DNA of 64,000 nucleotides, taken from Magallana gigas (taxonomy: Eukaryota). The stretch spans positions 21,700,001-21,764,000 of the forward strand of contig NC_088862.1 of assembly GCF_963853765.1 (NCBI RefSeq), given 5' to 3'. Of this stretch, positions 61,423 to 64,000 are shown one piece after another. The translations under genes were made by a program, and so were the position numbers. The notes below the pieces were generated by a model. That model had not been told where the DNA came from, did no database searches, and worked only from the letters and a program-made list of their open reading frames with translations. How positions within the stretch are numbered: the first letter of the stretch is position 1; every line of letters starts with the position of its first letter.

Positions 61423-63554
61423 ATGAAGAACTTCCTTCTGATCGTCCTGTTGGTCTGTCTGTTTGTGGCTTATGTGGTGGAAGCAAATGCACGACAAGCT
61501 TTAGGTGAGTATATACATGTAAAACTGTGGCTTTAACTTACCTTCTGAGTCCCATTTGTTTGGAATTTTTATTTTCATCTATACTGATCTTCCTATTCCT
61601 ATCTACAAAATCCCGATTCTGTAGAGTTTTAATGCACTATTTACTGTTTGATCTATTAATCCATTGAATCCCGTTTTTTTTGTATCAGCCGGTAGTTTTG
61701 TTATGTCGTAAATTTTGAATTTACAGGGTGGCAGCATATACAAAATTTACAACATGACAGTTTTATTTCTGCCATTTGAATCCCAATTTTTTTTTAACAA
61801 CAACTAATCATTTACTGGGGTTTCATTTAATTAATATTCATTACTATTACTAGTTATTTGTGGATTTCGTTGTTGAGTATATTTGCGAAATCCTAGTTCA
61901 TCGAAAAAAGTTACGAATATCTGACGAACACCTGACGATGGCTTTTTTGAATGCGACTACTATTCGTACAGAAGAAACGTGTCCTCTTATACAGAGTTCG
62001 ACTCGATCCACAAATTTTAATGCGAACTTATATTTTTTTGAAAGCACAGTTGTGTTAGATTCTAAGAAATAATTTTTTTACGATTTAAAAAAAAAATTCA
62101 TCAGTAACTTCATCGACTACTTTTTTCTCTTTTTACTTAAAGCTGAATATCAATTGTCTAATATGAATTTTGATACTTTTTCTTCTCTACGTTTGTCCTT
62201 CGAAAGATTAGTACTTAAAGAAAGGAAATAACTTACTTTGCTTTTTTTCTTTGTAAATGCTTCCTTCCACGAAAATACACGTACACGTATCGGCTACAAT
62301 TGTATTTTTCTTTTTTTGTATTTTGATATTATAAGAGTCCTGAAGCTACATGTAGCTTTTGTTTTCTCTTTTTTTTTTTGGGCTGTTCGAGAAATCATAA
62401 TATTCAAGCATAGAAAATGAATAAAAATAATGAGAAATTACATAAAAAGAACCATTTTTGATTATACATTAATCTCAGTTAGGAAGATAAATACCAAATG
62501 AATTTAGTAGTTTTTTTTTATCATGGTCTAAGTTAACACTCTAAAAAGTGAATCATTGAACGATTTTAATTTATTCTCTCTATTTTCTCTGTCTTATCAG
62601 TTTAGCATTTTTGGCTTGTATTTTTTTGTATACTATACTGCACATGTATGTACCACCTGCTTAAATTATATATGCTTAAATTCGTATCACCCACGATAAC
62701 CCCAAATTAACGATATGGACAATAAAACACGTTTGTTAACCTTTAGAAGTCCACGTGGATATTTACCATTTCTCGGTGATAAATGATTACCTTTTTACTG
62801 ATGGCCTTCATATGAACTTCCAGGGAAGGACTAGTTTAAACTGGTTTCCGTCTCGGCAAACGCACTCAGTCGTGCCCTTTTATGATTTTTTCCTCTCTTA
62901 GTAACGCAAGCAGCAAATCATTTCTAACCTCTTATATATGAAAAACAATAAATCTGTCAAAAAACTTGGGACGGGAGAATCTGTCAATGTCAATCCACAT
63001 CGCCGGGTTTAACCTACATTGAATTTTAAAACTGACAAATAATATGGACCAATAAAATAAAAACTAAACGGCATCAAACTTTAACTGTTTGCAGGCGGTA
63101 TTAGCATTTGAATAGTCTTGAATGTAAAAAAAAAAAAGATAGAGTGATTTTTTTTACGATTTCATATTTATTTGCTTTTCAGATTTAATCAACAGAACGT
63201 CTCAATTTTTTTTAATGCAAATCTTTTACATAAAATACTAGCGTGTAGTTTTAAAATGGAATACGTAAATGGCAAGATTAACATTTTTCATGGTTTGCAT
63301 TTGCTCAATCTCAAAAAACGTTCCGCATGAATACGGCAAACAAATCTAATTCAAAAATTACATTCAGTACGTTAATAAAGAGCTTTTATTTATCGTGTTC
63401 TTGTGTTTAGTTATAAAGAAATAGTTTAATTGTGATTTTTTGTTTTACAGCCTTGATGTATCTGATGAGATCCCGCATGTTTCATGGGATGGGCGGAGGA
63501 CTATTTCAGAGACTAATGCCACTTTACTTCATGTCCGAGGCCGATCTACTCTGA
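61423..63554 (+). CDS. Small secreted Met-rich peptide, 61 aa; exons 61423-61504 and 63451-63554
   Basis: MKNFLLIVLLVCLFVAYVVEA-NARQAL|ALMYLMRSRMFHGMGGGLFQRLMPLYFMSEADLL*. Strong donor G|GTGAGT, acceptor TTTTGTTTTACAG, phase-1 match; upstream acceptor at 61402; AATAAA at ~63596. Confidence 0.8.
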
Positions 63555-64000
63555 AAAAAAACCCACCACCAACTTGATGTCAGGAAGGTTTTGATAATAA
63601 AGGGCCAATCCATCTGTCATAAATCACACCACCACCTTAAAAATTATACATTAATTTTGTCATTTCATCATTAAAAATTATATTACATGAATGTACATTT
63701 GTATGCTTGTAACATATTTTATATTGCATAACTTTTTTGTATTTGCGTCGTTAAGAATTTAGTTCATAGATAAATGATGATGAAAATAAAATTTTGAACA
63801 TAAATGTGTTTGGTTTATCGAATTACAAAATACAAAAAAAAATGGACGTGGAAAACTCCGCATCCTGAGGTTCAACATGATGTTTGTATCATCCAATTAC
63901 AACATCGACTGATTCACGGTTTAACACATGTTGAAAAATCACACACGATTCACATATGATACTGATACACATGATTTTACGTGACTATGTTTGATCCTAA

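Overview
AT-rich eukaryotic DNA. The repeat families and the intronless B-box/NHL gene style suggest a bivalve, most likely an oyster of the Crassostrea/Magallana group (inference, not a database result). The ORF track misses most real genes because they are spliced, so exon structures were rebuilt by hand from GT-AG sites and codon phase. 1) 4.9-36.9 kb (+): a tandem array of secreted single-domain C-type lectin (perlucin-like) genes sharing one 4-exon plan (61/92/94/215-233 nt). Three copies are intact, one is intact apart from an N-gap, and one is a multiply broken pseudogene; there are also non-coding relics. The sugar-binding loop differs between copies (QPS, EPN, EPN, EPT; none has WND), one copy lacks a core cysteine, and copy 5 is bracketed by young 1.7-kb direct repeats. 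2) 41.3-47.0 kb (-): a 4-exon, 433-aa predicted type II membrane protein with a charged stem and a C-terminal DUF4773-like Cys domain. 3) 49.5-51.2 kb (-): a RING-less B-box/coiled-coil/NHL TRIM-like gene, with possible cryptic upstream exons at 54.4-55.2 kb. 4) 61.4-63.6 kb (+): a 61-aa secreted Met-rich peptide gene absent from the ORF track. The rest is dense with MITEs (TA-, TTAA- and 9-bp-TSD types), foldback hairpins, and Tc1 and LINE relics. There are two assembly gaps. No rRNA, tRNA or CRISPR array is supported.
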